A DNA stretch of 63,398 bases, the filler included, from Octopus bimaculoides (taxonomy: Eukaryota): NCBI RefSeq assembly GCF_001194135.2. It is 8 parts of 8 records of this genome, joined end to end, with 100 filler letters (N's around TTAATTAATTAA, not from the genome) between each part and the next. Parts side by side here need not be neighbours in the genome. Positions count along the whole stretch, not along the records: positions 1 to 4,722 come from NC_069008.1; positions 4,823 to 9,999 come from NC_068986.1; positions 10,100 to 12,423 come from NC_068992.1; 5 more parts are not named here. One strand, written 5' to 3'. The translations under genes were made by a program, and so were the position numbers. Shown here in pieces: positions 1-12,423 of this stretch. Within the stretch, counting starts at the first letter, position 1, and each line of letters opens with the position of its first letter. The notes under the pieces are model-generated. The model worked only from the letters and a program-made list of their open reading frames with translations. It was not told the DNA's origin and did no database searches.

Positions 1-1
1 C

Positions 2-970
2 AACAAGTTCCAAAAGTTATCAAACTCACTCAGTATCTGCCATGGATGCCTTATACATGGATCTAGTGTTGTGATTCCACATAGCTTGCAGCCAAAGATC
101 CTCAATCTTCTGCATCTTGGACACTTTGGCATGGAACGCATGAAACAACTAGCAAGAACTGTTGTTTATTGGCCTGGTATCGATGCTGCTATAGAGATAG
201 CCAGTCGACGATGTGATTCGTGTAACGAACATCAAAGGCAGCCATCTAAGCCTCCAGTTCACCCATGGATGTTACCAGAAAAGCCGTGGAGCCGCTTACA
301 CCTGAACCACGCAATAAATTTTATGGGCAGAGATTGGCTGGTGATCACAGATGCTTATTCCAAGTACCCATGCATTCATCCTACTTCCTTCACGTCCTCC
401 AGGGCCACTTTAAATCTGCTTGAGGAAGACTTTGCGCACTTCGGATTTCATCACACACTGGTCACCGATAACGCACCAACTTTTACGTCTGAGGAGTTCC
501 AGAGCTGGTGCAAAGAACGTGGGATCACACACCTGACAGGGGCACCTTACCACCCAGCTACCAACGGAGCAGCGGAACGTTTGGTGTAGACCTTCAAACA
601 AGTTCTGAGGAAGTCTTCTCTTCCGCCGACACCAGCACTTCAAGAGTTCTTGATGCAGTACCGGAGAACACCGACATCCTGTGGATTCTCTCCAAGTAAA
701 CTTTTGAATCACCGGCAGATACGAACAAGGATTGATTCTCTGCTGCCATTGCCAGCACACATTGCTCAAGACAAACAGTCTAAGGAAGCAGATAAGTCTC
801 AGGTGACTCCGGGCTCAGCTGATATCGCTAAAGTTACCAGGCAGTACAAGTATGCACTATACTATGGACCTCGCCGAGACAAAGATCCCCGATGGGTACC
901 AGCAATCATTAAGAAGTCATTGGGAACTCGCTGCTTTAACGTCAAGGTCATACTTCATGGTCCGATGTGG
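2..970 (+). mobile_element. Gypsy/Ty3-type LTR retrotransposon pol fragment (integrase), pseudogenised
   Basis: Frame from nt 2 gives HHCC zinc finger (LHLGHFG...YWPG...RCDSC), then the rve core (VITDAYSKYP, LVTDNAPTFTSEEF, APYHPATNGAAERLV). In-frame stop at 587-589, then TFKQVLRK...FLMQYRRTP...SPSKLL and a degenerate tail truncated at about 970. Confidence 0.93.
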
Positions 971-979
971 ATACAACAC

Positions 980-1216
980 TGTTGTTCGTCTGAGGTCCCG
1001 TGTTTCAATGAAGTTTGTCTGAGGTCCTTGTTTCATTGTTGTTTTGAATGACTGTTGAAATTAAAGGTTGTTGATATATATGGCGAGGACAAGATTCTTG
1101 TTTCTTAATAACGAACATTTGGTGTGTTCTTTATTTATAATTAATAAATAAATGTAATAACTAAGTTGTACAACTCGTTGTCTTTTCTCTGCGAGTCCGC
1201 CGAGAGGAATACAACA
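980..1216. mobile_element. LTR-like unit (TGTTGT...ACAACA), about 237 bp
   Basis: 6-bp terminal inverted repeat TGTTGT (980) / ACAACA (1211-1216), TATA-like run at about 1075, AATAAA at about 1145, directly abutting the Gypsy pol fragment. No polypurine tract or clear TSD. Confidence 0.5.
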
Positions 1217-1225
1217 ATTTCTATA

Positions 1226-1427
1226 AAATTTCACTCAAAAATACCCATTATCCCGAAATTTATGAGGGGGGAAATGCCAGGTGGTGTGAATTTTGCGAAA
1301 TTCCTTTCCACAACCCTTCGGAAAATGTTTTTCCAACAAATCCTTACAAACACTCAATCTACAGGATCTAAGTGATTATTTGTTGAAAGTTTCATTAAAA
1401 AATATCCATTTTCCTGCAAGTTATGAG
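1226..1427 (+). mobile_element. Helentron/DINE-like non-autonomous element, 3' part
   Basis: Ends in GAAAGTTTCATTAAAAAATATCCATT...AAGTTATGAG just before a gap and microsatellite, resembling the 3' region of DINE-1/HINE-type elements. Confidence 0.35.
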
Positions 1428-2387
1428 NNNNNNNNNNNNNNNNNNNNNNNNNNNNNNNNNNNNNNNNNNNNNNNNNNNNNNNNNNNNNNNNNNNNNNNNN
1501 NNNNNNNNNNNNNNNNNNNNNNNNNNNNNTGTGTATGTAGTATTTACTCTCTCTCTCTCTCTCTCATACACACGAACACACACACACTCACACACAAAAT
1601 AGAGTGAAGCTTTTTGCCGTTGTTACGTCAATACCGGAAGTTGACATTGAGGAATCTTTTTAAAGAAGTGAATCTTAAATATAAAGCAATATTATTTATT
1701 TTTAATTAAAAAAATCAAATGAAGAGCCTAAGATTTATCCGAGGTCAAATTATTCACGCATCACAAGTATGGAAGCATTTGGTGAAGTTGATTTCACATG
1801 AAAAGCGATTACACACACATCTCTGTTTTATATATAGTATAGATAAAACTAAAATGTGATGGTTTTGGTAGCTCTTTCTAGCATGAAATGAGACCTTATA
1901 CAGGCCAATTTCATTCATAAAAAGGTTCTTAACTGTCCTTCAAATTTTATATGAAAAATAAAGTGAATTTGAAGTGACTTGGTTTCTATTTCTAGCATGA
2001 AAAATGACCAGCTATGGGAAAGCTTTTAATAAATGCTTCTTAAAGTGTCTTTCTATTTTGTATGATGAACCCCAACAGCAACAAGAACAAGAACCCTGCG
2101 AGGAGGAAAGGCAATGTTTGTGCATGTGTGCAGTTGAAATGTCACTGCAACAACAACAACAACAACAATCTTATTATTAAACGTTAAAAACTGTCAGATG
2201 CAGACTGCACACACGCACACACAACAGTGATGGTGATGAGGGTGGATGCAGCGGCGGTGGTGGTGGTGGTGGCGGTTCTCATCTGCTGCTGCTGATGTTT
2301 CTGTTGTTGTTTTCGGTCGTCTGCTTGTCAATGGAGAATCAATGATAGGAAAGTCACCAGACATACATATACATACATGCATATATA

Positions 2388-2448
<61 letters not shown>

Positions 2449-2496
2449 CACACACANNNNNNNNNNTACACACACAAACATGGATATTTAAACATT

Positions 2497-2527
<31 letters not shown>

Positions 2528-2528
<1 letters not shown>

Positions 2529-2910
2529 GTTGTTGGCACTCCGTCGCTTACGACGTCGAGGGTTCCAGTTAATCCGATCAACAGAACAGCCTGCTCGTGA
2601 AATTAACGTGCAAGTGGCTGAGCACACCACAGACACGTGTACTCTTAACGTGGTTCTTGGGGATATTCAGCGTGACACAGTGTGACAAGGCTGACCCTTT
2701 GAATTACAGGTACAACAGAAATAGGAAGAAAGAGTGAGAGAAAGTTGTGGTGAAAGAGTACAGCAGGGTTCGCCACCCTCCACTGCCGGAGCCACATGGA
2801 GCTTTAGGTGTTTTCGCTCAATAAACACTCACAACACCCGGTATGGGAACTGAAACCGCGATCCTATGACGGAGAGTCCGCTGCCCTAACCACTGGGCCA
2901 TTGCGCCTCC
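2528..2910 (-). mobile_element. tRNA-derived SINE (family B in this window)
   Basis: Minus-strand pol III-type head (TGGAGGCGCAATGGCCCAGTGGTTAGGG...CGGTTTCAGTTCC). Body is homologous to copies at 35270-35545, 42010-42290 and 58318-59185. Confidence 0.8.
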
Positions 2911-3222
2911 ATATATATACACATTTTATACACATGTATATACACATTTTATTTAAAAGTGCAAAATTATCCCAGAACTGTTAAACATTTTATTTTTTAC
3001 TTATTTCAGTGATTTGAATGTGGCCATGCTGGAGCACCTCTTTATGTATATACATTCAAAAGTATATACACACACAAAGAGAGTGTGTTGAGGAATGTTA
3101 CAACACTGATTGTTAGTGTGTAGAATGCAATGCAGGTTCGATTCTCTGGTGAACCCATTTACAATAATAAGAATATGAAGAAGAAGAAGAAGAAGATTGA
3201 AGTTTAATATTTCTGGAAATAT

Positions 3223-4710
3223 TTATTTGTCATAATAAAAAAAAGAAAAAGATTGAAGTCCAGGAATAATTCCAAAAACCATCAAAGAATTTTCTGAAAC
3301 ATCCAAACCAAGAACTTCAAAGACTTCATTTTCATCTTTCCTGAGGAGTAAATATTTTGGATTATCTTCAAATATCAGGATTTCATTAGCTTCAGATGTT
3401 TCCTCTTCAATATTTCGAGATATTTCGTAAATATTGTTTCTTGTATCTGTTATATAAACACATTCACCATTTATGGTTAAATGAGGTCTTACAATATAAT
3501 ATTCCAGAAAAGAATATATTCTTCCTTCTATTCTTATCCTCTTCACCATCGACTTTTCTCTGAACCATTCCACAAAACACCAACCATTCCACTCTCCAAA
3601 CTCCTTTTTCTTCTCCATCTCCCTCCTCGTAACAACAACATCACCAAAAGATGTGACTCCCACATCATCCACCCCTTCATCTCCCTCAAACCTTCCCTTT
3701 CTCCCTATCTTCCCACAACACACTTCATCTTTACATTTCCCATCTTTGATATCAACCACATCCACATAATAAGAGTCAAAGATGTAGGGGTCTTTGCAAA
3801 TGTAGTAATATTTGTTGTTATCCCATTCTGTTCCGTATTTCTTGTCTCTCTCTTCTTGAGTTATGTCTCTAATATAATGACCACCACACACGAGTTGATT
3901 GTCATTGTATTTATAAATTCTGTTGTAGTATTTCTCAGTTCTGATGGTTTTTAAACAATAGAGATCCTTGTTGAAGACCCTCATTTCTCTTCCAAAGGCG
4001 ACAATGAAATATTCATCTGTCCACCGACATATGTCCAGTGGTTCTTCTTCTTGTTCATGTTGAAGTATGTCCACTGTTGTTGTTGTTGTTCCGATTAATG
4101 TGACGCTTTCTCGAAACATCAACACACTCACATTTTCATCTAACTTAATTAGTTTACTGTTCCGGTCCCTAATGTCCCCATAATCATAATTAACAGGTTC
4201 CTCGAATGCAGGAATGGAAAAAGGGACCATTGCTGTTCTATGTGGCAGTCTCGTCACTGATATTTCATCAATTCCTGAATTATTAATCTCCGCTATGTAA
4301 TTACCACATCTCACCTTTAATCTACCTTTACCAAATATTTCACCTGATTTACCTCTTCTTCCTCCTTCTCCATCTCCTCCATTGTATTTCAATTTATTAA
4401 TTAATTCATTACTGAATATTTCTTTGTTCGTCTCAGATGTAATGGAAGGGAAACAAAGACCAGAATCAAGATTTAATAAAGACACAGATTCCAGAATGTT
4501 CATTTGGTCCCCATCAATCTTTATGCAATGACATTCAATCAATTCAATATGTTGACACCAGTAAATACCCCCCACTTTTCTCCATATTACACCATAAGGG
4601 ATGGGACTTGTCCAAGCTTGAGATTTCTTCAAATCTTTTCCATTCAGTTGAAATATTTCTTTCCTTTTAGGAACCGTGGCCATTATGTGTTTTCCTTGTG
4701 TAAAACACAC
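3223..4710 (-). CDS. Intronless uncharacterised protein, predicted beta-propeller (NHL/six-bladed-like)
   Basis: 495 codons without a stop in AT-rich DNA and free of microsatellites. First ATG at 4683 (486 aa, A at -3, G at +4); the frame stays open (LVGG) into the gap at 4723. Blade-like motifs: EEPLDICRWTDEYFIVAFGREMRVFN, VDDVGVTSFGDVVV, HLTINGECVYITDTRNNIYEIS, EVLGLDVSENSLMVFG. Coding status is well supported; the fold is inferred. Confidence 0.8.
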   Translation of the reverse strand: MCFTQGKHIMATVPKRKEIFQLNGKDLKKSQAWTSPIPYGVIWRKVGGIYWCQHIELIECHCIKIDGDQMNILESVSLLNLDSGLCFPSITSETNKEIFSNELINKLKYNGGDGEGGRRGKSGEIFGKGRLKVRCGNYIAEINNSGIDEISVTRLPHRTAMVPFSIPAFEEPVNYDYGDIRDRNSKLIKLDENVSVLMFRESVTLIGTTTTTVDILQHEQEEEPLDICRWTDEYFIVAFGREMRVFNKDLYCLKTIRTEKYYNRIYKYNDNQLVCGGHYIRDITQEERDKKYGTEWDNNKYYYICKDPYIFDSYYVDVVDIKDGKCKDEVCCGKIGRKGRFEGDEGVDDVGVTSFGDVVVTRREMEKKKEFGEWNGWCFVEWFREKSMVKRIRIEGRIYSFLEYYIVRPHLTINGECVYITDTRNNIYEISRNIEEETSEANEILIFEDNPKYLLLRKDENEVFEVLGLDVSENSLMVFGIIPGLQSFSFFYYDK

Positions 4711-4722
4711 ACCACCAACTAA

Positions 4723-4822
4723 NNNNNNNNNNNNNNNNNNNNNNNNNNNNNNNNNNNNNNNNNNNNTTAATTAATTAANNNNNNNNNNNNNNNNNNNNNN
4801 NNNNNNNNNNNNNNNNNNNNNN
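4723..4822. other. Artificial assembly spacer (44 N + TTAATTAATTAA + 44 N)
   Basis: The 12-mer gives stops in all six frames. Identical 100-bp spacers carry the linker at 4767, 10044, 12468, 34431, 44799, 49718 and 60862. Confidence 0.95.
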
Positions 4823-4842
4823 ATTATTTTTTTTTTTTTATT

Positions 4843-4882
4843 ATTATTATTGTTATTATAATTATTATCATTATTTTTATTA

Positions 4883-4926
<44 letters not shown>

Positions 4927-4930
4927 GTTA

Positions 4931-4997
<67 letters not shown>

Positions 4998-5013
4998 TAT
5001 TATTATTATTATT
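4843..5013. repeat. (ATT)n microsatellite
   Basis: Long, nearly pure ATT run. Similar runs at about 55545-55627, 60918-60980, 61392-61540 and 62645-62736. Confidence 0.95.
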
Positions 5014-5744
5014 AAGTCAGAATAGTTTGCGCGTCGCTGCATCTTTTCTCGTTTCCCGTTCTCAGTTCATCTATCACCGAGTTCGACATTGCCGTTCGTA
5101 CAATCGCGATCGATAAAATAAGTACCAGATACGCACTGGGGGCGATATCATCGACTAGCTCGTCCCCAAAAATTTCAGGCCTTGTGCCTTTAGTAGAAAA
5201 GGTCGTTGTTGCTGCTGTTGTTGTTGTTGTTGTTAAGCTAACAGAAGGGTGTAAACGTTGAAATTAGGGCTTTGAATAAAATGACTTGGTATTTAAGTAC
5301 CTCTGGCCTTAAGCTGAGAAAACAAGTTCGACTGATGAAGTAGCGGAGAAACTAATTTGTATATAGTTACACTAGTTTTGCCGTTCAAATACCACGAATA
5401 GGAAACGCCTTAGCCTTTCCTGTTTCCAGTCCTGAGCTGAGCCTATTTATGTTCGAAATTATTAATTTGTAATCTTATTTTTATTGCATGATTTCATCGT
5501 AAGATTGTGATATGCCCAGTAAGGCTCGAACGCGTTCCTTTATGTTTTTCATAACATATCGAATGCCTTATTACCTTTGCTTTTACACTTTATATTCTGT
5601 ATCTTTTAACTTGAAGATTCTTGTATTTTAATAGATACGGCTGTTCGGTAAGGACCTTTCTTCCCAAACTGTGTAGTACCATGAATAAGTGTCTCCTACT
5701 ATAGCCGGAGGCCGACCAAAGCCTTGTGAGTAGTTTTGAATTTT

Positions 5745-5990
5745 TGCCATTTTGGGGTTTCCTGGTATCTGAACTATATAGGAATCAGCCCCTTTTCTTA
5801 TCATTCCTTGGGCACCTATGACAACAGGTATTGTTTTAGTCTTCAGATTCCACATTTTGCTAATTTCTATTTCAAGATTGTATACTTGCTCAGTTTTTGG
5901 TAGATCTTAACAGATACATTTATATCGATTGGGACAGTCATATCAATGTGGAGGTATGATTTTTGTCTGAAGTCTTTCAATATGATGTCT
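5745..5990 (-). mobile_element. R4/Dong-like non-LTR retrotransposon, restriction-like endonuclease C-terminal fragment
   Basis: IDMTVPIDINVSVK...EISKMWNLKTKTIPVVIGAQGMIRKGADSYIVQIPGNPKMAKIQ, the same motif as at 50149-50830 and 61130-61392. Confidence 0.8.
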
Positions 5991-6019
5991 GGCCTATTTG
6001 CATCTATCTTATTTCATTA

Positions 6020-6225
6020 TTGCCCACAAGGGTCCAAACAAGGACAGACAAAGGGGTTAAGTCGATTACATCGACCCCAGTGCGTAACTGGTACTTAGTT
6101 TATCGATCCCGAAAGGATGAAAGGCAAAGTCGACCTCGGCGGAATTTGAACTCAGAACGTAATGCCAGATGAAATACCCCTATACGTTTCGCCCGGATTG
6201 CTAGCGATTCTGCCAGCTCGCCGCC
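6020..6225 (-). mobile_element. tRNA-derived SINE with Meta-domain-like core
   Basis: Head GGCGGCGAGCTGGCAGAATCGCTAG, B-box GAGTTCAAATTCC, core GTCGACTTTGCCTTTCATCCTTTCGGGATCGATAAACTAAGTACCAG. Confidence 0.8.
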
Positions 6226-6284
6226 TTTTTGCATGTATCTTACTGCCAGTTTCAATGGTGAGGTTCCAGAAGAGTGAGATGTGA

Positions 6285-7860
6285 TTATTATTATTATTAT
6301 TTTATGTTTGACTTTTGCTTTGCATTTGTACAAGTTGGATCCAAGTCTCACCCAGAGACCTCAAGAGACAACAAGTTAGAAGTTCATGTAGGTGTTATGC
6401 CTCGGTGTTATGTAGGTGTTATGAGGTGGTGACTGTAGAAAGCTGCTAGTAATTTCCTTGTTTTATTTAAGCTTGCAATCTAAGCGCTTCAATTAATTGA
6501 CCTTGCATTTTATTATACCGACGACAGGGTTATAATTTCCATGGTTAGTGTATTTATACGTTCTACCTTAATTTTTACGTTAGTTCAGATATGAATATTA
6601 GGCATACACTTCTATAGAATTCTTTTCTAATTTTCTTTGCTATGATACATTTCTATGTATCATATTTTATCAGTTTCATCTACTCCTAAGTCTTTGCATA
6701 TGTGTTTCTTTTCTAATTCTCTGATTTCGAAATTCAACCATCCATATATATATATATATATATATATGTCAATCTTCTCAGTTTTAGTTAATTTGTCTGT
6801 TCTTATCGTGGCACTGCACATTTTTCAAATCAAATAGACATTTCCATGTCTTCGCTGAATTTATGAAGAATTTTTAGTAGGATTCCAACTACATATCTTT
6901 TGTAAATAGTTTCAATATATGCATACAGAGACTGGTTTTAAGTATCTTCTCTTTCCAGTAATGTATTCATTCTCCATATTCACATGGTTTGGTTAATGCA
7001 TTTTATTTAGTACCAGGGCCGTTTTAATTATGTAATTCATCTCCCGTGTGCAGTAGTGTAGAACATTATCAAATGCTTTTCACTAGATCGTCCAAACCAA
7101 GACAAGGTTTTTATAACCATATTCTACAATAGCTCATTTCACTAGCGGTTGTTCTCTACAGCAATATAATATTTTCTGAGATCCTTTCTTTACCTTTCAT
7201 AAGATACTATTCCTTACCAACGCAGCGAGCTGGCAGAATTATTAGCACGCTGGACGAAATACTTAGCAGTATTTCGCCCGTCGCTCCGTTCTGAGTTCAA
7301 ATCCCGCCGAGGCCGAATCTGCCTTTCATCCTTTCGGGGTCGATAAATTAAGTACTAGTTGTGAACTGGGATCGATGATATCGACTAGTCCTCTCCCCAC
7401 AAATTTAAGACCTTGTTCCTATAGCAGAAAAGATATTGTTTCTTATCACATGTGTAACCAGACTGTTGTAGAATATGAATGGAAGGGTTCTCTATAATTT
7501 CAAAAAGTAGATTATAAACCTATAATTTCAAGAGCCTGTTGCCAAACACCAACGGATATGGAGAATGAGTATTTGCATGGTAGCTTTGTTTGCTATGTGG
7601 ACGCACTCAGACACATTTAGTTGCTAGAGGCTCCAGAATTTAGAGTTTATCGTAAACAGTCGAAGTCTTACTGTAGTGCTGCAAGACCTAAAACTTTTAT
7701 AAACTGTCCCTGTCTACGATCAGAATTTCTCCGTGTGTTCCACGATTATCCCTTCTACAGAATAGGAGATTTCACGTTATACTGAATGCATTGGTAGCAA
7801 TTGAATACTGGAATCGAAAACATTAGCTGTTTCCGTCCGTTCAAAACGTATTTGCTGGAA
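6285..7860 (-). mobile_element. Degenerate R4/Dong-like LINE relic (RT plus probable 3' UTR), interrupted by a SINE
   Basis: 7200->7020 translates as KGSQKILYCCREQPLVK*AIVEYGYKNLVLVWTI**KAFDNVLHY, resembling the R4-type RT pattern QKG...DQLL...NLSMAWIDYKKAFDSVPH. NYR-like motif near 7520. 6285-6400 ends in an (AAT)n tail. Confidence 0.6.
7222..7430 (+). mobile_element. tRNA-derived SINE with Meta-domain-like core
   Basis: GCAGCGAGCTGGCAGAATTATTAG, GAGTTCAAATCC, GCCTTTCATCCTTTCGGGGTCGATAAATTAAGTAC. Further copies at about 5025-5200, 55322-55535 and 61542-61670. Confidence 0.8.
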
Positions 7861-7946
7861 ACAAATTTAGAAATAAATGAAAATATGAGGGTGAGGTAAA
7901 TTAATAGTACGCTCTCTCACCTAAATTGGAACAAATAATATGAAGA

Positions 7947-8102
7947 GGCGTGGCTGTGTAGTAAGTAGCTTGCTTACCAACCGCATGGTTCCGTGTTCAG
8001 TCCCACTGCATGGCACCTTGGGCAAGTGTCTTCTAATATAGCCTCGGGCCGACCAAAGCCTTGTGAGTGGATTTGGTAGACGGAAACTGAAAGAAATCCG
8101 TC

Positions 8103-8174
<72 letters not shown>

Positions 8175-8400
8175 GTATGTGTGTGTGTTTGTGTCTGTGT
8201 TTGTCCCCCCACCATCGCTTGACAACCGATGCTGGGGTGTTTACGTCCCTGTAACCTAGCGGTTCGGAAAAAAGAGACCGATAGAATAAGTACTAGGCTT
8301 ACAAAGAATAAGTCCTGGGGTCGATTTTCTCGACTAAAGGCGGTGCTCCAGCATGGCCGCAGTCAAATGACTGAAACAAGTAAAAGAGAAAGAAAAGAAA
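7947..8400 (+). mobile_element. Full-length CORE-like tRNA-derived SINE (family A)
   Basis: A-box TGGCTGTGTAG, B-box GTTCAGTCCC, CORE-like CCTTGGGCAAGTGTCTTC, internal (TA)n, 3' part ending GACTGAAACAAGTAAAAGAG. More than 10 further copies, e.g. 9548-9900, 15000-15350, 37560-37895, 46735-47140, 52535-52930, 59240-59405, 63218-63380. Confidence 0.85.
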
Positions 8401-10819
8401 GAGAAAATCAAAGAAGTCAGGATAACACTACCCAATCAATAGGCACGGAAAATCAATTTATGAACAAATGATAGCATTAAGAAATACACGAAGCATAAAA
8501 GTACACAACCAGTACCGCGTTGTAAGTTCTCGCCTGAATATCACAGAGGCGAGAAAAATAAAAAAAAAACTCTCAGCTGCAATTTCAATACAAAGATTAA
8601 AATGAAGAATTATAAATATCGAAACGAGTCTGCAAGAAACGGAAATAACTTTTGAATATACATATGTAAAATTCAGTTTTAATAATCAATGGAAATTATC
8701 TCTATATCTTAGAAGTAAAACAAACACAAAATAAAGGGAAAATAGTCGATAGAACTTTACAATGTGCTTATCAGATGAATGTGCAAAAATCGGGAAAACT
8801 GTACAACCTTACCGTTAATTAATGAAATAATGATTATCACTTTGAATATGGAAATGACAGTACAAAGATGTCCACTTCTCCATGGAATGTTTAGCTAATG
8901 TTGAGGTATTTGTATCAACCAAGCAAAAGTTTGCTGTGGAAGAAACATGTCTTAACAAACAATAACTCTTTACACGAATGGGCCATGGTGCATTAAGTAC
9001 GATTGTAACAGAAAACATGGTTAAATATCTTCTACAGGTGGTGCTTTTAAATTAGTCAGCATGGGCCAGTTCTGACCGAAATTTTTCTAAGTATTTAATT
9101 ATCATGACCACATTAAAAAAGCGTCGGATTCCTCTTAAGTAATGATTGAAATAACACGAAGTTAATACAGAAGCCTATAAAATGGTTGGTTGAAAAAATG
9201 AAAAATGTTTGAAGAATATATAAATATTCGTGTTTCTGACTATCAGATTTTTGAATAGCAAAGGTGTGACGTCAAATATAACGAAGTTATGTGGAAAGAT
9301 GTTATGTTATATATTGTTGTTATAGTATACATTGATGGAATATTGTATATGGTAAGAAAATTAGGAATTATTCGACAAAGAAACAATACCAAATACTGGA
9401 ATGGAGATAATAAGACAGAATTGAATTATAAAATACATCTTGGAGGAAAATAATACATACATTCTTGATAATCCTATAATACATTACCAATAAACAATAA
9501 CATTGAGTAACTCGGAGTAATGAATTTTGCTGTTTTTTACACTATTACTTGCTTAAGTCATTTGACTGCGGCCATGCTGGAGCACCGCCTTTAGTCGAGT
9601 AAATCGGCCCTAGAGCTTATTCTTGTAAGCCTAGTGCTTATTCTATCGGTCTCTTTTTCCGAACCACTAAGTAACGGGGACGTAAACAAACCACTATCGG
9701 TTGTCAATCGATGTTGGGGAGAGGGACAAACACAGACGCACAAAAATATACACACGCATACATATACATATACGACGGGCTTCTTTCAGTTTCCATCTAC
9801 CAAATTCACTCAAAGCTTTGGTCGGCCCGAGGCTATAGTAGAAGACACTTGCCCAAGGTGCCACGCAGTGGGACTGAACCCGGAACCATGTGGTTGTTTT
9901 TTTTTCGAGCCTGGTACTTATTGTGTCAGCCACTTTTACCGAACTGCTAAACTACGGGAGCGTAAATATAGATACACACACACACACACACACACACACN
10001 NNNNNNNNNNNNNNNNNNNNNNNNNNNNNNNNNNNNNNNNNNNTTAATTAATTAANNNNNNNNNNNNNNNNNNNNNNNNNNNNNNNNNNNNNNNNNNNNA
10101 TATATATATATATATATATATATATACGACGCGCTTCTTTCAGTTTCCGTCTACCAAATTCACTCAGAAGGCATTGGTTGACCCGAGGCTATCGTAGAAG
10201 ACACATGCCCAAGATGCCATGCGTACTGATGTCTGCTAAATTGATAATAATTCATGAAGAGCATGTAGAACAATATTCGTTCTCAGTACATGTTGGAAAA
10301 TTCGGACATGAATACTTGATAACCATTGTTTTTCATCATCGGAGAACACCTCCTTTTATACGACGTATGCTCTCAATACGAGCGATTCATTGATGTAAGG
10401 GGATTCAGCTGTCGATGATTTACGTGCACCTCATGAATTATGAACATCGAATCTAATTCCACATTATTCTTTTTCTTTTGCTTTCATGTTGAATGAGTGA
10501 TTTCTAAAGCCACCGTAATCTCATTAAATATGCTAATTTATTCGGCACTTTTTCAATACTTGCAGGCACACTCGAACCCTACTACCCACCTCTCGTAAAC
10601 ATAGCCTATTTGCGTGTAACCAGGTTGTTCTGTCCCCGGTTGTCACGATATCCTCCCGGATTTATTTTGAAATATCTTCTTCACACGAAGCACTTATAAT
10701 ATATCACAGCTTGTTCGCTAAATAACATACGTTGATAATTTATGCAGCTTTTGTTGTCTTCAATTGAATTCAGCTGAGTATATTTCATTACTCTAAATAA
10801 TAATGTCTGTCGCTTTAGA

Positions 10820-11600
<781 letters not shown>

Positions 11601-11749
11601 GGACAGAGAGGTTGTTCCGAAAATAATGAGCCCTCTAAGTGTTGTGCTTTGAAATGTAATTTTATAGTATTTTAACTATATCTTAGGTGAATTTCGACTT
11701 ACTTAATAATTAATGTATGCAATTTAATACCTTTCTATTTATTTGAGAC

Positions 11750-12423
11750 AGAAAACATTCTTGAAGCATAAGCGCCCTTGAATATGAACCTGACACGAAA
11801 AGGACCTTTGCTTACTTTTCAAGCTTGGGCTCAATGCCTCCAAACTGCTGCCAATATCAATAGGGCACGAGGAAAGGGGTCCACAAGTGATCGCACAGTA
11901 CGAAGGTGGCTTCAGAAATTCCATAGTGGTAATGAGAGGACGGTCATGCAGTCTTGACAATGAACAATTGAAAGCAATTGCCGAACAAAACCCACGTCAA
12001 AGTGTGTCAGGCACGTGGTGTCGGTATTACAATGGTTTCACGCAATCGGCAGAAGATTGGTAAGGTGAAAAAGCTCAATTAATGGGTACCGCATGAGCTC
12101 GATGAAAATCAAAAAGTAAGGCGTTTTGAAGTGTGCTCGATGCTCTTTCTGTGAAACACCAATGATCCTTTTCTTGACCGAATTGTCACTTGTGAGGAAA
12201 AGTGGATCCTTTATGAAACGATCAGGTCAATGGCTTGATCGTGATTAGTCCCCCAAACATTTCCCAAAGTCAAAGTTGTATCAGCCAAAGATTATGGTAA
12301 CTATCTATCTGGTAGTCTGCAATTGGTGTTGTCCATTACAGCTTTCTGAAAGCCAATCAGAGCATTACAGCAGAGATTTACTGCAATCAACTCGCTAAAA
12401 TGCATGCTCACTTGCAAAACCCA
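11750..12423 (+). mobile_element. Mariner (Mos1-like) transposase pseudogene, truncated by gap
   Basis: TSDRTVRRWLQKFHSGN..., IGKVKKLN*WVPHELDENQK, FLDRIVTCEEKWILY, KLYQPKIMV, ITAEIYCNQL. Stops and frameshifts present. Confidence 0.88.

Noticed and set aside
3111-3146. tRNA-like B-box GGTTCGATTCTC downstream of the large ORF
   Set aside because: No cloverleaf can be formed; at most an eroded SINE head.
5332-5365. CTGATGA...GAAAC hammerhead-like string
   Set aside because: Helices I and II do not pair.
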